Position numbers and translations under genes: made by a program | The notes under the pieces: generated by a model | The model's input: only the letters and a program-made list of their open reading frames with translations | What the model was told of the DNA's origin: nothing | The model's database searches: none | Assembly: GCF_947242115.1 (NCBI RefSeq) | Contig: NC_074716.1 | Location: 24,176,637 to 24,240,636, forward strand | Origin: Biomphalaria glabrata | Taxonomy: Eukaryota | Reading direction: 5' to 3' | DNA length: 64,000 bases | In this document: positions 1-12,360 of the stretch, piece by piece | Layout: each line of letters opens with the position of its first letter | How positions within the stretch are numbered: the first letter of the stretch is position 1

Positions 1-119
1 TTTATATAAATGTTTTCTTGCGCTGAGGGGTCCCAAACAGTAATTTAAACACAATTAATGCAATTTATTTACAAATAGTTATATATATAGAAGCATTTTT
101 AAATTTATGTTGTTCTCAG

Positions 120-241
120 AGAACCATGAAGGTAGTATGTGTTGTTAATGAGAATGGTGAGCTGAAGGGTCCTGCAGTCAGCAGTGAGCTATTGCTAGCT
201 AGAGAAAAGGCTTTTAAGGAGTTACAGACAGTTGTTAAAGA
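120..241 (+). CDS. MAP3K5: ASK1 exon (N-terminal region), partial gene start
   Basis: Acceptor ctcag| at 117-119, donor |gtaagtc at 242. Encodes (R)TMKVVCVVNENGELKGPAVSSELLLAREKAFKELQTVVK, aligning with human RTTVAYVINEASQGQL. The ATG at 126 could instead be a start codon. Phase out 2. Confidence 0.7.
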
Positions 242-706
242 GTAAGTCTTACCAATTTTTTTGGTACATAAAAAAAACAAATTAACATTTTTCTTCTTTT
301 GTCTTGCTACTTTTAAATAATGTTTAACTTTCTGTTTGCTTAGCAGCACAAGTAGCCATACAACTAATAAAAAATGTTTGTTCACTGATAAAGTTTAATT
401 AAAAAAATAATCAGACCTGATCACCTGTCCATGTTCAAGATTTCTTACTTTTTAAATTCAAAACCATTAACAAAAACACTTTTTATTGCTCTCATTACAT
501 TGCATTTGTAGCTCTATAACACTTCAATTTTAAATGTTTAATTTTAATACCTTTCTTGGAAAAGTACTAAGTACAAATCCTAACCAGGTTTCATACCTGG
601 ACCATCTTTTCAAAGGTCAGACCTTCACCTAATGCCTCCAATTTACAGCTTATGGTTAAATAACATTTAAAAAAAATATATTTTACTTTCTGTATTATCT
701 TTCTAG

Positions 707-929
707 AGCAAATGGCACTTTAGAATTAGTGCCTTTTCAGAAGTTAGACTTTGGTGAGACAGCTGTCCTTGACACATTCTACAATGCTGAGCTGGCAGTG
801 GTGGACATGTCTCTGTCAGTGCAGCAGGCACCACTGTTTTACCATATTGGCATTAGGCAGTCAATGGGTATGAAACACAATATTGTCACCATCTTTGATT
901 CAGATCCAGAGATGTCCATGTCACTCAAG
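707..929 (+). CDS. MAP3K5: ASK1 exon
   Basis: Acceptor tttctag|, donor |gtaattg. Encodes ANGTLELVPFQKLDFGETAVLDTFYNAELAVVDMS...MSLK, aligning with human HFGKLDFGETTVLDRFYNADIAVVEM. Confidence 0.9.
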
Positions 930-1122
930 GTAATTGATTATGAAATTAACTAATCAACTATATACATTATTGATCTAAATCAGTCGTTTTATATATTTAA
1001 TGACATGTTATTTTAATAAGGTCATTAAAAATATGGCCGGGAACTGCTTTTATTTAGATTCAAAGAGAAAAAAATTGTCTTTTTTTTTTTTAACAAGCTG
1101 TAATTTCTCTCTGTTCTTCCAG

Positions 1123-1298
1123 ATGTCCTGTCAAGCAGGCATTCTCTTTCTTCCTTACCAAATTGATGGCAATGGTCAGTGTGTTGTGAGTGATCCAGGA
1201 GCCACAAGAATGTCTGAACTATGTGTTATCCATCCTGAAACTATTGGGCTTGGGAAAAAACTGAAGACTATGTTTGAAGATATGGATGAAGATAATAT
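1123..1298 (+). CDS. MAP3K5: ASK1 exon
   Basis: Acceptor ttcttccag|, donor |gtaagt. Encodes MSCQAGILFLPYQIDGNGQCVV...FEDMDEDN. Phase out 2. Confidence 0.8.
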
Positions 1299-2059
1299 GT
1301 AAGTATTAGTTGAAACATTTTGTGTTGTTGTTTTTTTTACTCTTGTTCCTGTCTGACAATTGAACAATTCTTATTACATTAAGCATCTTTATTCTTATTA
1401 GCTAATTGCTCATTGACTGATTATGACTAAGATTTTTAACATTGGAACCAAATGGATTTATATATATATATCTAATTTATAAAGTACAATGTAAGGTGTA
1501 TTTATGTCTTTCATAGAAATAATAATCATTTGACCAATATCAATGAAACTTGGCATTAACGCTTCTTATATAATAGTGGTGATTTTAGGATATGTAAAGT
1601 TGCCCTGCAACAAGAGAGTTACTAGATTTAGGTCATTGAGGTATCTTGACATAGATTTTAGTTATTGAAACTGCATAGATGTCATTTATATATATGAGTG
1701 TTTCTCCAGTACTGGTTACAACTAGGTGTTGGTTCACTAAAAAGTCCGTATTTCATAAGATTGTTATTCAAATGTGACAATTTGCATTACATTGCATTAA
1801 GAAATGGTTAATCTATAAATTTTGATATTTTGAGCTCATAAGGTGCTAGGGAAATATTGAAATTGTAAAAAATGTGTGAAATTACTACCCAAAATGGCAG
1901 CTTTTGATGTAACACGGAACACCATGGTATGATTGAATTAATATCGTACTAAAACCAAGGGGCATAAAACTTCCATCTTTGTTGGAATATGTTAACAAGA
2001 TCCTCATATTTCAATGTCATTATTTAGTTTTTCTCAAGGTTATCAAAATATTGATTAAA

Positions 2060-3350
2060 CACGGCCACAAAAAGGCGTTTGAGGCGCATCGCGATGTGTC
2101 CCACTTTATACGGAATTACAATCCTCTATGAATTGTAAACAAGAAATAAATAATACGCTCAACATTGCATTTCTGTTACAACAAGCATTAAAGATTTCTT
2201 TTAAAGTATTTTTTTTGTTAAAAGCTTTCTAAACATGCATAACGAGCTTAAAATAGGTCGAGGTGTCCCAGATGAAGCGCCTGTGCTGCGTGTGTTAAGA
2301 ATGGGATTATTTTTCCCACAACACTACTTTTTATGAATGAGAGTTCTTTTGAGCATCACAGGTATTGTGTAGAACAAAAGAAGTGCCGTTTCCGCTGGAA
2401 ATACTAGCGTAGTAATTAACAGGAGTACGTAAACAATAGCGTGTCCCACAATTAACCATTGATGCGCCTCAAGCGTCGACACGATCAATCGCCGGCAATC
2501 TTGCACAAAAACCTCATTTAATCTGTTTTTTGTGATCTTTTGTGAATCAACAACCCATCAGGTACGTAGATATTTCATTATTCTACTGAAATTTAAGCTT
2601 ATTACAAATAAGTTTGATTGCAATATCCAAATCGAAGTGCTTTTTTTATTACGAGGTTACTAAATTTAACCATTCAATCATGACGTCACGTGAAGCGTCT
2701 TGAACACAATTTAGTCTTAAATCGTAAAGTTAATCAATTTTAAAGCCTGTTACTAAACAAAAAGTTTATATTTCTAAAACAATTATGTTGATGTAATAGT
2801 AGACGTGTGTAGCGATTTAAAATAATTAATTTGTTTTTATTTTGAGAAGTAAATTGGATTAGGCGTTGAGGCGCTCCTTGGGACCCCGTGCTGGTGTTTT
2901 CCATGCATAAATTATGGCGTCACATGTAGCGTCTAATGCGAGTTCAGGATTTGTTACGTTTTCTGTATTCATGGAAGTTTTAATTAAGATTAAATGATTT
3001 TAATATATGTAATAAACTATTTTCATAATTAATCATTTTAAATGAACATTTTTTGACATCTTTTATTATATATTTTTTGTAATTTTACTTTACATCGTTT
3101 GGGGCGTTTCAGTGGACACTACTCCGTTTGTTTACAAATGGTGTCCTAGTTTGCGTCTGTTAAGTCCAAATAGATTTTAGTGATAGTTTGTTAAAGATTT
3201 TACAGTGTCAGATAATATTAGCTACATCTAAAAGAAATAAAGCGGTACTGTTTAAGAAATATTAAATAATTAAAATTTACTTATTACTGTAAATAAGATT
3301 TAGAACTATTAGATCTTTCGTTTGAGGCGCATCTCGGACACTTGTCTTTA
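2060..3350. other. Cluster of GC-rich short motifs (GTGTCCCA / TTGAGGCGCATC / GAAGCGCC; CRE+E-box ATGACGTCACGTG at 2690) in the first large ASK1 intron
   Basis: About 24-bp modules GGTGTCCCAnnTGAAGCGCCTGTG at 2262, and in both orientations at 2073, 2441, 2862 and 3319. These stand out from an otherwise AT-rich, CpG-poor intron. Confidence 0.5.
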
Positions 3351-3369
3351 AAACTTTAAAGAGCTTAAC

Positions 3370-3790
3370 TCTAGATCTAGAAATCTAGACTGATTAGACC
3401 TCTAGACCTAAATCTAGATTTACTCTAGATCTAGATCTAATTATGTAATTCATTATCTAGATTTACTCTAGATCTAGACCTAGATCTAGATCTAATTATG
3501 TAATTCATTATATTATAGCTAGATTTACTCTTGAGTCTTGATCTAGACCTAGAGTAGAGTAGAATAGTCTAGTCAGTCTAGATCTAATTCAATATCTAGA
3601 TTTAGATCTAAACTAGATTATTAGATTAGAAATCATTAGATCTTTTATGAATCTAGACTAGTGACTCTAGACTAGATCATTTATGACTAGATTTAGAATC
3701 TAATTTTAGATTTAATAATATATTTTTCTTTAAATTGACCAGTATCTAGAAAAATATCTAGAGACTAGATCTATATTATAGACCTATTCT
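3370..3790. repeat. TCTAGA-rich palindromic low-complexity block (member of a recurrent family) with an internal about 50-bp duplication
   Basis: Dense tctaga, agatct and ctagat motifs. The segment tctagatttactctagatctagatctaattatgtaattcattat is repeated at about 3412 and 3462. Confidence 0.8.
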
Positions 3791-4099
3791 ATATTAAAAT
3801 GTAGATAGTATCTAAAACAAAGTTTGGTTTAACCTGCACTTAATTTCCATTGTATTGTTTATACAGTATATTCAATTATATTGTATTCAGTTCTTTCAGT
3901 CTACCACTGAATGATTATAACTTAAGTTAATATAATTAACAGTACTAGTCCTATACTATTGATTGAGTCTATCCCTATCAAGCAATTATGGGCATTACTA
4001 GACTAGATTTAAATAATGCACCAATATATAATATATTATATGTTTATGAAATTTATTAGTAGGCCTATATTATATATAATAGATCTATTTATTTAGATA

Positions 4100-5450
4100 C
4101 TTATACATTTTTTATAAATTACAGATTTCAGTAATGGAGTATCTGTTAGAGTTTCAAGGCGTCTACAAGCCAAGAAAGACTCTAAATTTACAAGCATCAA
4201 AGCCTGAGTCTCTAACACGTGTTGCTGTTTTAGAGCAGAGAGAAAAGGAAAGGTTGAGAAAAGCTGCATACAGGGCCTAGTTAAGCCCACATGAAAAAGC
4301 TTGGATAAACAGAAAACGCAAAGAAAGAAAACAGCAAGCTAATAGTCCACTTAATGTCATCTCAGCAGAGGTTGGTGAATCACTAGGTACTGGATTCCAG
4401 ACTCCAGTGGCAAAAAGAATGGCTGTTTCAAGGGCTTTGATGAAATTGCCTAGGTCACCCAAGAAATATGCTGCAGTTTTTGATGGTCTCACACAAATAT
4501 GCTCCCCAAGAAAAAGTAAAAGCTGTCCATGACATACGCTTTCTGCGCCTACCTGAGAGAAGAAAGCTCATCCTTCTAAACAACATTAAAGAAAGTATCA
4601 AAACCTAACTACACTCCACCAGCAAAAAAAAAAGTCAGATGTCTAGTGCTCATAGACAAGTACTCTGCAGTATCCTTAGTAAGTACAACAAACTCAGAGG
4701 TTGTGCTACTCATTTCTAACATTTGGTCAAGAAGTTTTATGTCCAAGTGCAAATCAGAACAAATTGCAAGAAAAAAAATGACGTGATTGCATTGCACAAA
4801 ATGCCTTGGAAACAATATTCATTTTTTACAGTAGAGGGAACTGATCCCTCTCAATCATCTGTTAGTGCTCAAACAGGAAAACGTTTCATGCAAAAGCTAC
4901 TTAACATAAGATGCAGTCTTGCTTATGTGAGTTGTGTTTGAAGATTTTTCTTTACATAGAGGGCATTAATAAATTTCTGATCAAAAAAGGACACAGAGAG
5001 CTGACATTAATAAATCCAGCTTCATCACTTGACTTAACTCTATGCCCAAGAACTAATGCCAATTGTTTTCATAAGCTGCAGTGCATTGAAAGATCATGTA
5101 GCAACTGTGGTGTGGATTTAATTAACAAGTATTGAGCCTTTAAAAGATTGCACAGATGAATTAGCAGAGTGGAGTATAGTATGTGGTCAAAGATGACGGA
5201 TGAGTATGTTCAGAGTGATGGTACACTGCAAAAGGTATCAAAGTGGCGACCAGTAAATAAAGAAGGATCTTTTAATGACCTAGTGAGAGGTATTACACCT
5301 AACACTATTGCTTACAGAAATAGAAGCTGTTTCTGCTATCCATACAGAAATTCATATATATGGCAGTCAGTGCCTGCATGATGAAATATGTGGCTCTTGG
5401 AAGGTGTTCAAACTTCAGAAACAAAATGGTAAGTACTTGTATTTATTTAT
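4100..5450. other. Block of short, mutually frameshifted ORFs on both strands (Cys/His-rich segments, e.g. CFHKLQCIERSCSNCGVDL) in ASK1 intron 3; probable decayed transposon or retrogene
   Basis: Unusually long open stretches for an AT-rich intron, and it lies next to a TCTAGA block. No confident family assignment. Confidence 0.25.
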
Positions 5451-6329
5451 TTTTAAATAGCACTTTACAATTATCTGAGAAAAAAACATTATTCATTTTA
5501 AAATTACGTAATTGATTTCTAAATGAAATTGTTTCTTTTTCTTCAGTAGTGCAATCTCAGTCAAATCTTGAAGACTCTTTGGATGTCAGTCCCATATGCT
5601 CAAATTCAAAGGTAAAGAGCTTTTACATATAAACATTTTAAACATTTTCATTGAATCTTATGTTACCTGTATTGTATAAGTTGTTTTTTAATAATATACC
5701 TTGCTAAATAATTTTAGACTCATTTTAGAAGTTAAGTATTTCAGCCTCATGTTGTTGTTTTTTCAGGCCCAAACAATTTTCTTCACTCATCAAAAGTACA
5801 TTGTAAATAGCTGTGTGATTGTCAAGTATGGGGAAATATTCTATCCAGGTTTAATTTTTTGCACTGTGTACCTTTTTATTTCAATAAACAAGTTCAAAGT
5901 ATGTTTTAGATTGAAGTATTAACTTTTCAACATTGCTGGTAATTTTTTCTAACAGGAGTTGTGATAGAAGTCCTGGATGATCAGCGCAGAAATAATTTTT
6001 TAAAAAGGCACAGAAATTAAAGAAATATATAAATATATATCCAGAAGTGCAGGACATACAGTTAGTGTATGCAGACATGATTGTTACTGAAGTGATGTTG
6101 ATACCAATGGCAATAGTTTGAGAGTGGAATGTTTTGATTTCTGAATTTGTCAAATAAAATTTGTGTACAGTTTTATGTTTTCTTTTCATTCTTTTTTTTT
6201 TCAAACCTTTTTCTGTGTGTTAAAACTAACAAAAGATATAAAATATATATTTGTCAATAATTAAAAATAATAATGATCATTCACTTGTGCACAGATAAGA
6301 CAAAAATATAAACTTATAAACATTATTTT

Positions 6330-6725
6330 AAAAAATGGTGTCCCATGAAGCACCCGCGACATTTTGTGAAATTAAAGCAGCATTTTTACAAATGGGTACT
6401 TTATGACTAGAATAGTGAACTTAATAACAAGTCTAATGGATCACTTTAGTGCAAAAATAAAATAATTTCTATATTCTCACAGAATATCTTTTAAAAAAAC
6501 TTTAACTTGTAGTGTCACAGGTGCTACGGTGTCCCAAATTTTGAATTGAGCTCAAATCCACTTTTTCTATGCAAAAGCATAAATTTCAGTATCTAAAGAC
6601 TAATATCAATAAAGACAGTTATATTATGCTAAAATACAATGAATTTATCAATTGGTCGTTGTTAAATTATCAAGTGGTGTCCCGGTGATGCACCTGTGAC
6701 GCAAAAGGGGGTACCCCTTGAATAG
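6330..6725. other. Second cluster of the same about 24-bp motif (three copies: 6335, 6516, 6677)
   Basis: ggtgtcccatgaagcacccgcgac, ggtgctacggtgtccca and ggtgtcccggtgatgcacctgtgacg. Confidence 0.5.
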
Positions 6726-7581
6726 ACACTGCTGTCAAAATCTACATCTTGCAATTCATTTTCTATTGATAAATTCTTAAAGTGAACTGGTTGAAGAAGT
6801 GAATACAGTTGAAATGAAACCAAAAACTTCAACTTTAATTTTTAGCATAATGTGACACTTTTTGGCACCAGTACTGGAGAAACACTCATATATAAAAACC
6901 TGAGCAAAGCCAGGCAAAAAAAAAAACATAGCTAGTATATATATATATATATATTGTTGGCCTCCCTCAGTCGTAGAAGGACTAAGGTTTATTTATCTGA
7001 CACAATAAAACAAGATGAAAGCTTGGGAATTATTTATAGTTGGAACAGTGTTGCCCACAGAGCAGTTCCCTCCATCCATGCAGATGATGTGTCCAAAAGA
7101 ACAGCAAATATCCAATACAGTTTTGGGATCAGTAGTGTCTCAGAATCTGCCAAATTGTGTCACTGTGTGCCACAAACTGTGCCAAAAGCTGCCTAAGGGT
7201 CACCAGCTCCTGATTTTTCCTCTTAGTTGTTGAATAAAGACTTTCCCATTTTGGGTATAGCCACAAGGCAGCAGAGGTTTGGATTCAAAGTTTTCCTTCC
7301 AACCAAAGCTAATGAGCTCCTACCCGAAGCTTACTGGTTTAGGCCCCAGTTGCTCGCCTTTTCCATTTCTCCTCTCAGTGGTAGCAGTTCCACTGGTCTC
7401 AATATCTGATCCGCACATGAAGATCAGGGGTTGGACTGGTTGTCAGTGGCTTTTTGAGATGCGTTCCATTCGAGGCATTTTATAGGTAATGCTGCGCTTA
7501 AATCAGTTACCATTTCCTGCGATATATACTTATATTTATTTGTAATGAAAAAAAAGTTAAAATTAATCTATTTCATCCTAG

Positions 7582-7657
7582 AATTCACGCTAAAGAACGA
7601 TTTTTAAGTGATCTCAGGAAAGCCAGAGAGACTTACAAAGGAGAAGATCTAAAACAG
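7582..7657 (+). CDS. MAP3K5: ASK1 exon
   Basis: Acceptor catcctag|, donor |gtttgt. Encodes IHAKERFLSDLRKARETYKGEDLKQ, aligning with human RESILNDIRKARNLYTGKELAAE. Phase consistent with the previous exon across a 6.3-kb intron. Confidence 0.8.
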
Positions 7658-7878
7658 GTTTGTTCATAACATAGTTTGTGTTTTACAAATTTATAGAGTT
7701 TATTAATATATATTTTTAAATTTCAGCTATCTTTAGAAAAGGGTTTCCTTTGCAAACACACACACACATGCTATAAATATGTTACATTATCTTCAAGCAA
7801 ATCTTTCTTTCTTCTTTTTTTTTTTTACATTTTAATTTATAGGCTAACTATATATTTATATATATTAATACTTAACAG

Positions 7879-7971
7879 GCCTTATTGGGAATGCGTAGAA
7901 GGCTTGACGACCCCCAGTTGTTAACTGTAGACACTGTATTCAATATGCTGATTTCCTTCCGAGAGGTCCAG
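7879..7971 (+). CDS. MAP3K5: ASK1 exon
   Basis: Acceptor cttaacag|, donor |gtcagt. Encodes ALLGMRRRLDDPQLLTVDTVFNMLISFREVQ, aligning with human VDNIEVLTADIVINLLLSYRDIQ. Confidence 0.85.
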
Positions 7972-8574
7972 GTCAGTATATTTCATACATTTAAGTCTTT
8001 TTTTCTCAATCAATGTTATAGAGAATCTTGTCCAAAAATATTTTCCCAACTCATTATTACTTCAATTAGTCAAATCAAAAGAAAAAAAAAAATCAGGATA
8101 ACTAAGAGAGTTAATGCTTTCACACATACTCATACATACTACTTGCTTAGTAAGCAATTAAGTTGAAAATGGAGGGTAAAATATTTTTGAGCATGTGAAC
8201 ATAAAAGGATTTGTGCTTTGAAAACTTAAAGTAACTAACTGTTCCAGCCATTTTGATTTCATTAGCTCTTTTAGTATTAGAGATCTGAATGTGACAGATG
8301 GAAAATCAGTCAACATCAGAGATGCCTACTAGTATGGATCCTGCGTATTTAGTAGGCATGTGAATATGAAAATAGCAAGTACGATTTTTCATCTAAAAAT
8401 GTGCTTTCCCTACCCAACTCAAAAAAATAGGAAAATAAAGAATGCAGTTTTGAAGTACATGGTCAGCATTCTCTGGTGACATTCTACAAGGGCAGATTTC
8501 ACTAGTTTCAATGTCAGTTTATTTCGATTCTTGTGAATTCAAACTGATCAGGAATAATTCTTAATTATTTGATT

Positions 8575-8760
8575 GGTTAGTTCTAGACTAAGTCTAATTC
8601 ATCAGGCTTTTATTCAATGTAGATCTATGTATAGACCTAGACTAGATCACAATCTGTATTGAATAATAGAGTCTAAGTCTAGTATTGTATCTTATGATGT
8701 GATGGATGTCAGGCAACTCAGATTGATGTAGATCTAGATTTAGAATTATTTTACAAGCCA
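8575..8760. repeat. TCTAGA-rich palindromic block
   Basis: Same motif composition as 3370-3790. Confidence 0.7.
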
Positions 8761-10174
8761 CCCAATTCTGGAAAGAGTTCTTTTGACAAGGGCTGAGGTT
8801 TTATTGGCAGAAAGGGTGGCTAAGCTAAATCTCCCTTTTAACATTGTTGACACATGAATACCATGACAAAGGGAATCAAATTGATTAGCCCCGTCTATAG
8901 AATGGCAGAAAGTATCTCCTGCAGCAGATTTAAAGCTACTGCTATAGTCATCAGTGACTGAACTAGGTTCCATCACTATAAAAGCCTAAATTCAAAGATT
9001 TGAAATCAAGGCTGAGTGTGCTTACAAAAGAAAAGCATTTTCTTATGCAGAAAAAGGAGCATACATTTCTTGATTCATTGCTCTCTCTAACACATCTGTT
9101 GGATGGTTTTCTAAAACAACTTCAAGCATAAGAACCTAGAATAAATAGCTTTAACTTACAATAGCTAGGGAATGAATCTAATTTGCAGACTCAATAGCCA
9201 AGCTTCTATATTAGAACCAAGTCCAGTGACTAATTACCTGTCTGTAAAAAAGAGCAGTGAGAGTTATAACATACAAATATTCCAAAGAAAATTCCAAAGA
9301 GAAAGAATTAGTTTGCCTGATCAGCCAGAAAAACCTATGACTTAGCAGAGTTTAAGTCATTGATTAACAGGCATAACTAGATTGACACATGAAATGAGTA
9401 GCACATAATTGGCTCCTTTTTGAAGTAACGTCTGTAATATATAAGATAAACTGGAAGTCACTGTTCCAGCCAAGCAAACCATTGCATGTGCTTTAAGTCT
9501 AAATTCACTTCTAACAAAAACTCCAGTTCTTTTGAATGAATTTTCTGTTGATGCAATTATATAATCAGGAATAAACACTAGAGGCATTTTGTGCATAAAA
9601 TCATTGACAGGTGGTGCTACTGTCAAAGAAAGGCAACATTCTGATATATTTCAGAAAAATTGTAATAAAGTCTAAATATGTTAATATTTTGAAAAATAAA
9701 AATGTGCTGAATGTAAAAGTAAAGTTCCCCTTTCAGACCTTGCAATCTATAGGGCAGATGATGTTAAGGTCATCTGTTTCTTTGATCTTATAACTTTATA
9801 CTTGGTTCATTTTCTGGGTTGTTTCATTTCATGTATTTTACATGCTAGAATGTTTTTATGGATTTCAGTCTTTCGTGAATATATTTCTTTATATTTAAGA
9901 AAATACTAATTTGGCCCTCAAAATACAAATTTTTAGGCCTGGTAATACACATTTCCATTTTCGGATGTAGGTATCTCTGCTAGCAACTTTTCTCCTTTTT
10001 GGGGCTGCCCAAAATATGTTGGCCTGGCTTTCAAACTATCTCTCAAATGTTTAGAGAACACCTATATTTTGTGCGTGTGTATGCAGCAAATAGAAGAGAT
10101 GAATGTTATCTGCAACTTAATAAATATGTACTAACATTATTATGTTGTCTGTTTTGTTACCATAACTATTGAAG

Positions 10175-10281
10175 GACTACAAAGCAATGGTTAAACTTGT
10201 TGAAGATGTCAGTACCTTCCCTTTCATTAAGATTGAGAACAACATTGGCATACAGTATTTGTATTCCTTTTCATTAAATAG
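10175..10281 (+). CDS. MAP3K5: ASK1 exon
   Basis: Encodes DYKAMVKLVEDVSTFPFIKIENNIGIQYLYSFSLN, aligning with human DYDAMVRLVETLEKLPTFDL..FHYAFALN. Donor |gtgaga. Confidence 0.85.
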
Positions 10282-10660
10282 GTGAGAGATTTAATAATAA
10301 TAATAATAATTTTATTTATAAAGCGCTGTTAACAAACAAAATGTAGGCTCAAGGCGCTGTGATAACATTACAAACAAAACGAGAGCTAAAATGACGAATT
10401 AATCTAAAAAAGTTTTAGACAGGTTTAGGCTATATGTAATATGAAATCATTCTGCATTTTCTTTTTGTTTAGACATTTCAATAAATATAAATTACTGTTA
10501 ACAATTTCTTTATCAAACATTGTTAAGTCAAACTTTTTTTCTTGTGAATCACTCACAACTTATTCAACATTTATTCAGTTCAGATTATGTTAACTTGATG
10601 TAAAAAATTGTATAAATATTATTTAACAAATTTTAAAGAAAATTCATTAAATTTTTTTAG

Positions 10661-10700
10661 GAATGGTAACAGAGAAAAAGCATTGAGTGTTATATTGAAG
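10661..10700 (+). CDS. MAP3K5: ASK1 exon
   Basis: Acceptor tttttttag|, donor |gtaatt. Encodes (R)NGNREKALSVILK, aligning with human RRNLPGDRAKALDIMIP. Confidence 0.75.
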
Positions 10701-10829
10701 GTAATTTCTATTACTTTTATTTTTTTAATTGTAATATTCATATCACATTGTATTGTTGCTGTTTTCTTGATATGATTTCTCAACTTATATGCTATCAGCT
10801 GTTCAATGTTTGTTTGTTTTTCTGTATAG

Positions 10830-10951
10830 GCAATAGAGAAGTCAGAAACTCCTGTTCCTGACATGATATGTTTGTGTGGTCGAATCTATAAGGACAAGTT
10901 TGTTGATTCTGATTACACTGATCAAGACGCTCTTCATAATGCAATCACCTG
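10830..10951 (+). CDS. MAP3K5: ASK1 exon
   Basis: Acceptor tctgtatag|, donor |gtaaat. Encodes [40 protein letters not shown](W), aligning with human MYCLVGRIYKDMFLDSNFTD. Confidence 0.9.
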
Positions 10952-11348
10952 GTAAATTTTAGCCCATTTTTTTATTACTTACTGTGCCAAATGTTAAAAT
11001 ATATATCTGGTTGAGTTTTAAATCTATATGTAACATGATAAGCATGCCAGCAGACTATCTTCTTGGCAAAGTCTCTATATTTTGCTGAAATTGGGTAGTT
11101 TCTATTTAAAAATTATTTTTTTTTTTTGGGGGGGGAGAGGGGGAAAGAAAAAAATGTTTATATTTGTGCATGTTTTAATGGGGATATCTATCTGTCTATC
11201 TATCTATCTCTTTAACTATTTATTATATATATATAATTTTTATTTTATTTTTATTATTATTTGAATTCCGAATATACTTACTTATTGACAATCAATCTTT
11301 GAGTACTTTGTATTTGCGCTCTAATTCTAGTCTATTTTGTCCCTCCAG

Positions 11349-11461
11349 GTATAGAAAGGGCTTTGAAGTTCAGCCCAATGAATATGCTGGGATAAATCTA
11401 GCCACACTACTTGTTATCTCTGGCAAAGACTTCAGTACTTGTACTGAGCTCCAGAGAATTG
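11349..11461 (+). CDS. MAP3K5: ASK1 exon
   Basis: Acceptor ccctccag|, donor |gtaggt. Encodes [37 protein letters not shown], aligning with human WFKKAFESEPTLQSGINYAVLL. Confidence 0.9.
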
Positions 11462-11844
11462 GTAGGTTCTCATAACTACTATATTTTTTTAGATTGATCA
11501 AACCAACAAATAACAGAAAGCTGAAAGATGAAACACGTCAATATCTTTCAAAGATTTTTTTTTTTCTAAATATAACTTCATGTCTCTATAAAATAATAAT
11601 GCTGATAAGAATTATTTTTAAATTACATATGAAACAAAATAGTAGTAACTCTTAAGAATTTGAATTGAACACTTCACATTGGCACCAATTAATGGAACTT
11701 CCTTAGGTTTGTTTTTATTTTATATCAAAGGCTATGAACTCATAATTCTGTGACTGCCAAGCATTACATGTAACGACCTTTTTCATGATTCTATTAAAAT
11801 TATTTCTTGTGGTACTTTTAATAATATTGTTCTATGATTGCCAG

Positions 11845-12004
11845 GTATTACACTGAACAACCTAATTGGTAAAAAAGGCAGCTTATCATCTCTGAACAAC
11901 TATTGGGATGTGGCAACATTCTTTGAGATTAGTGTTCTGGCAGAAGACTTCAACAAAGCTGTTCAGGCAGCTGACTGTATGTACAGACTGGAGCCGCCAG
12001 AATG
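11845..12004 (+). CDS. MAP3K5: ASK1 exon
   Basis: Acceptor gattgccag|, donor |gtaatt. Encodes [52 protein letters not shown](W), aligning with human LSSLLGKKGNLEKLQSYWEVGFF. Confidence 0.9.
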
Positions 12005-12272
12005 GTAATTAGTACCTTCTTTCTGGTGTATATTTCTATTTATTTCCTCCATTCAACGCTTTGTCTAAAATGTCATCATTTTACTCTGTTGTACAGTAAT
12101 TGATCATTCAAATTTTCAAATAAAAGGTTTTTTTAAAAAAAATTTTTTTAATTATTTAAGAAAAAAAAGGTTTTAATAGCTTAAAATTTTATATAGAAAA
12201 TTGGTAGTTTTTGTCCTTAATATTTCTTTTATTTCTAAAAACTATATTTTTGATTGTTTCTATTACATCCAG

Positions 12273-12360
12273 GTATTTAAAATCCACAATAGGGAACATT
12301 ACTCTCATAAATAGGTTTCGTAAGAGCAAAAATAACAATATCAACAGTAAGGAATCTCAG
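12273..12360 (+). CDS. MAP3K5: ASK1 exon
   Basis: Acceptor tacatccag|, donor |gtaatc. Encodes YLKSTIGNITLINRFRKSKNNNINSKESQ, aligning with human WYLKSIVETILIYKHF. Confidence 0.85.

Noticed and set aside
116-385. 89-aa minus-strand ORF
   Set aside because: It is antisense to ASK1 exon 120-241 and the following intron, and is low-complexity (runs of L and K).
5548-5620. AG/GT-flanked open segment (VQSQSNLEDSLDVSPICSNSK)
   Set aside because: Its frame is incompatible with the phase-2 exit of exon 1123-1298 (it gives an immediate stop), and it has no homology to ASK1.
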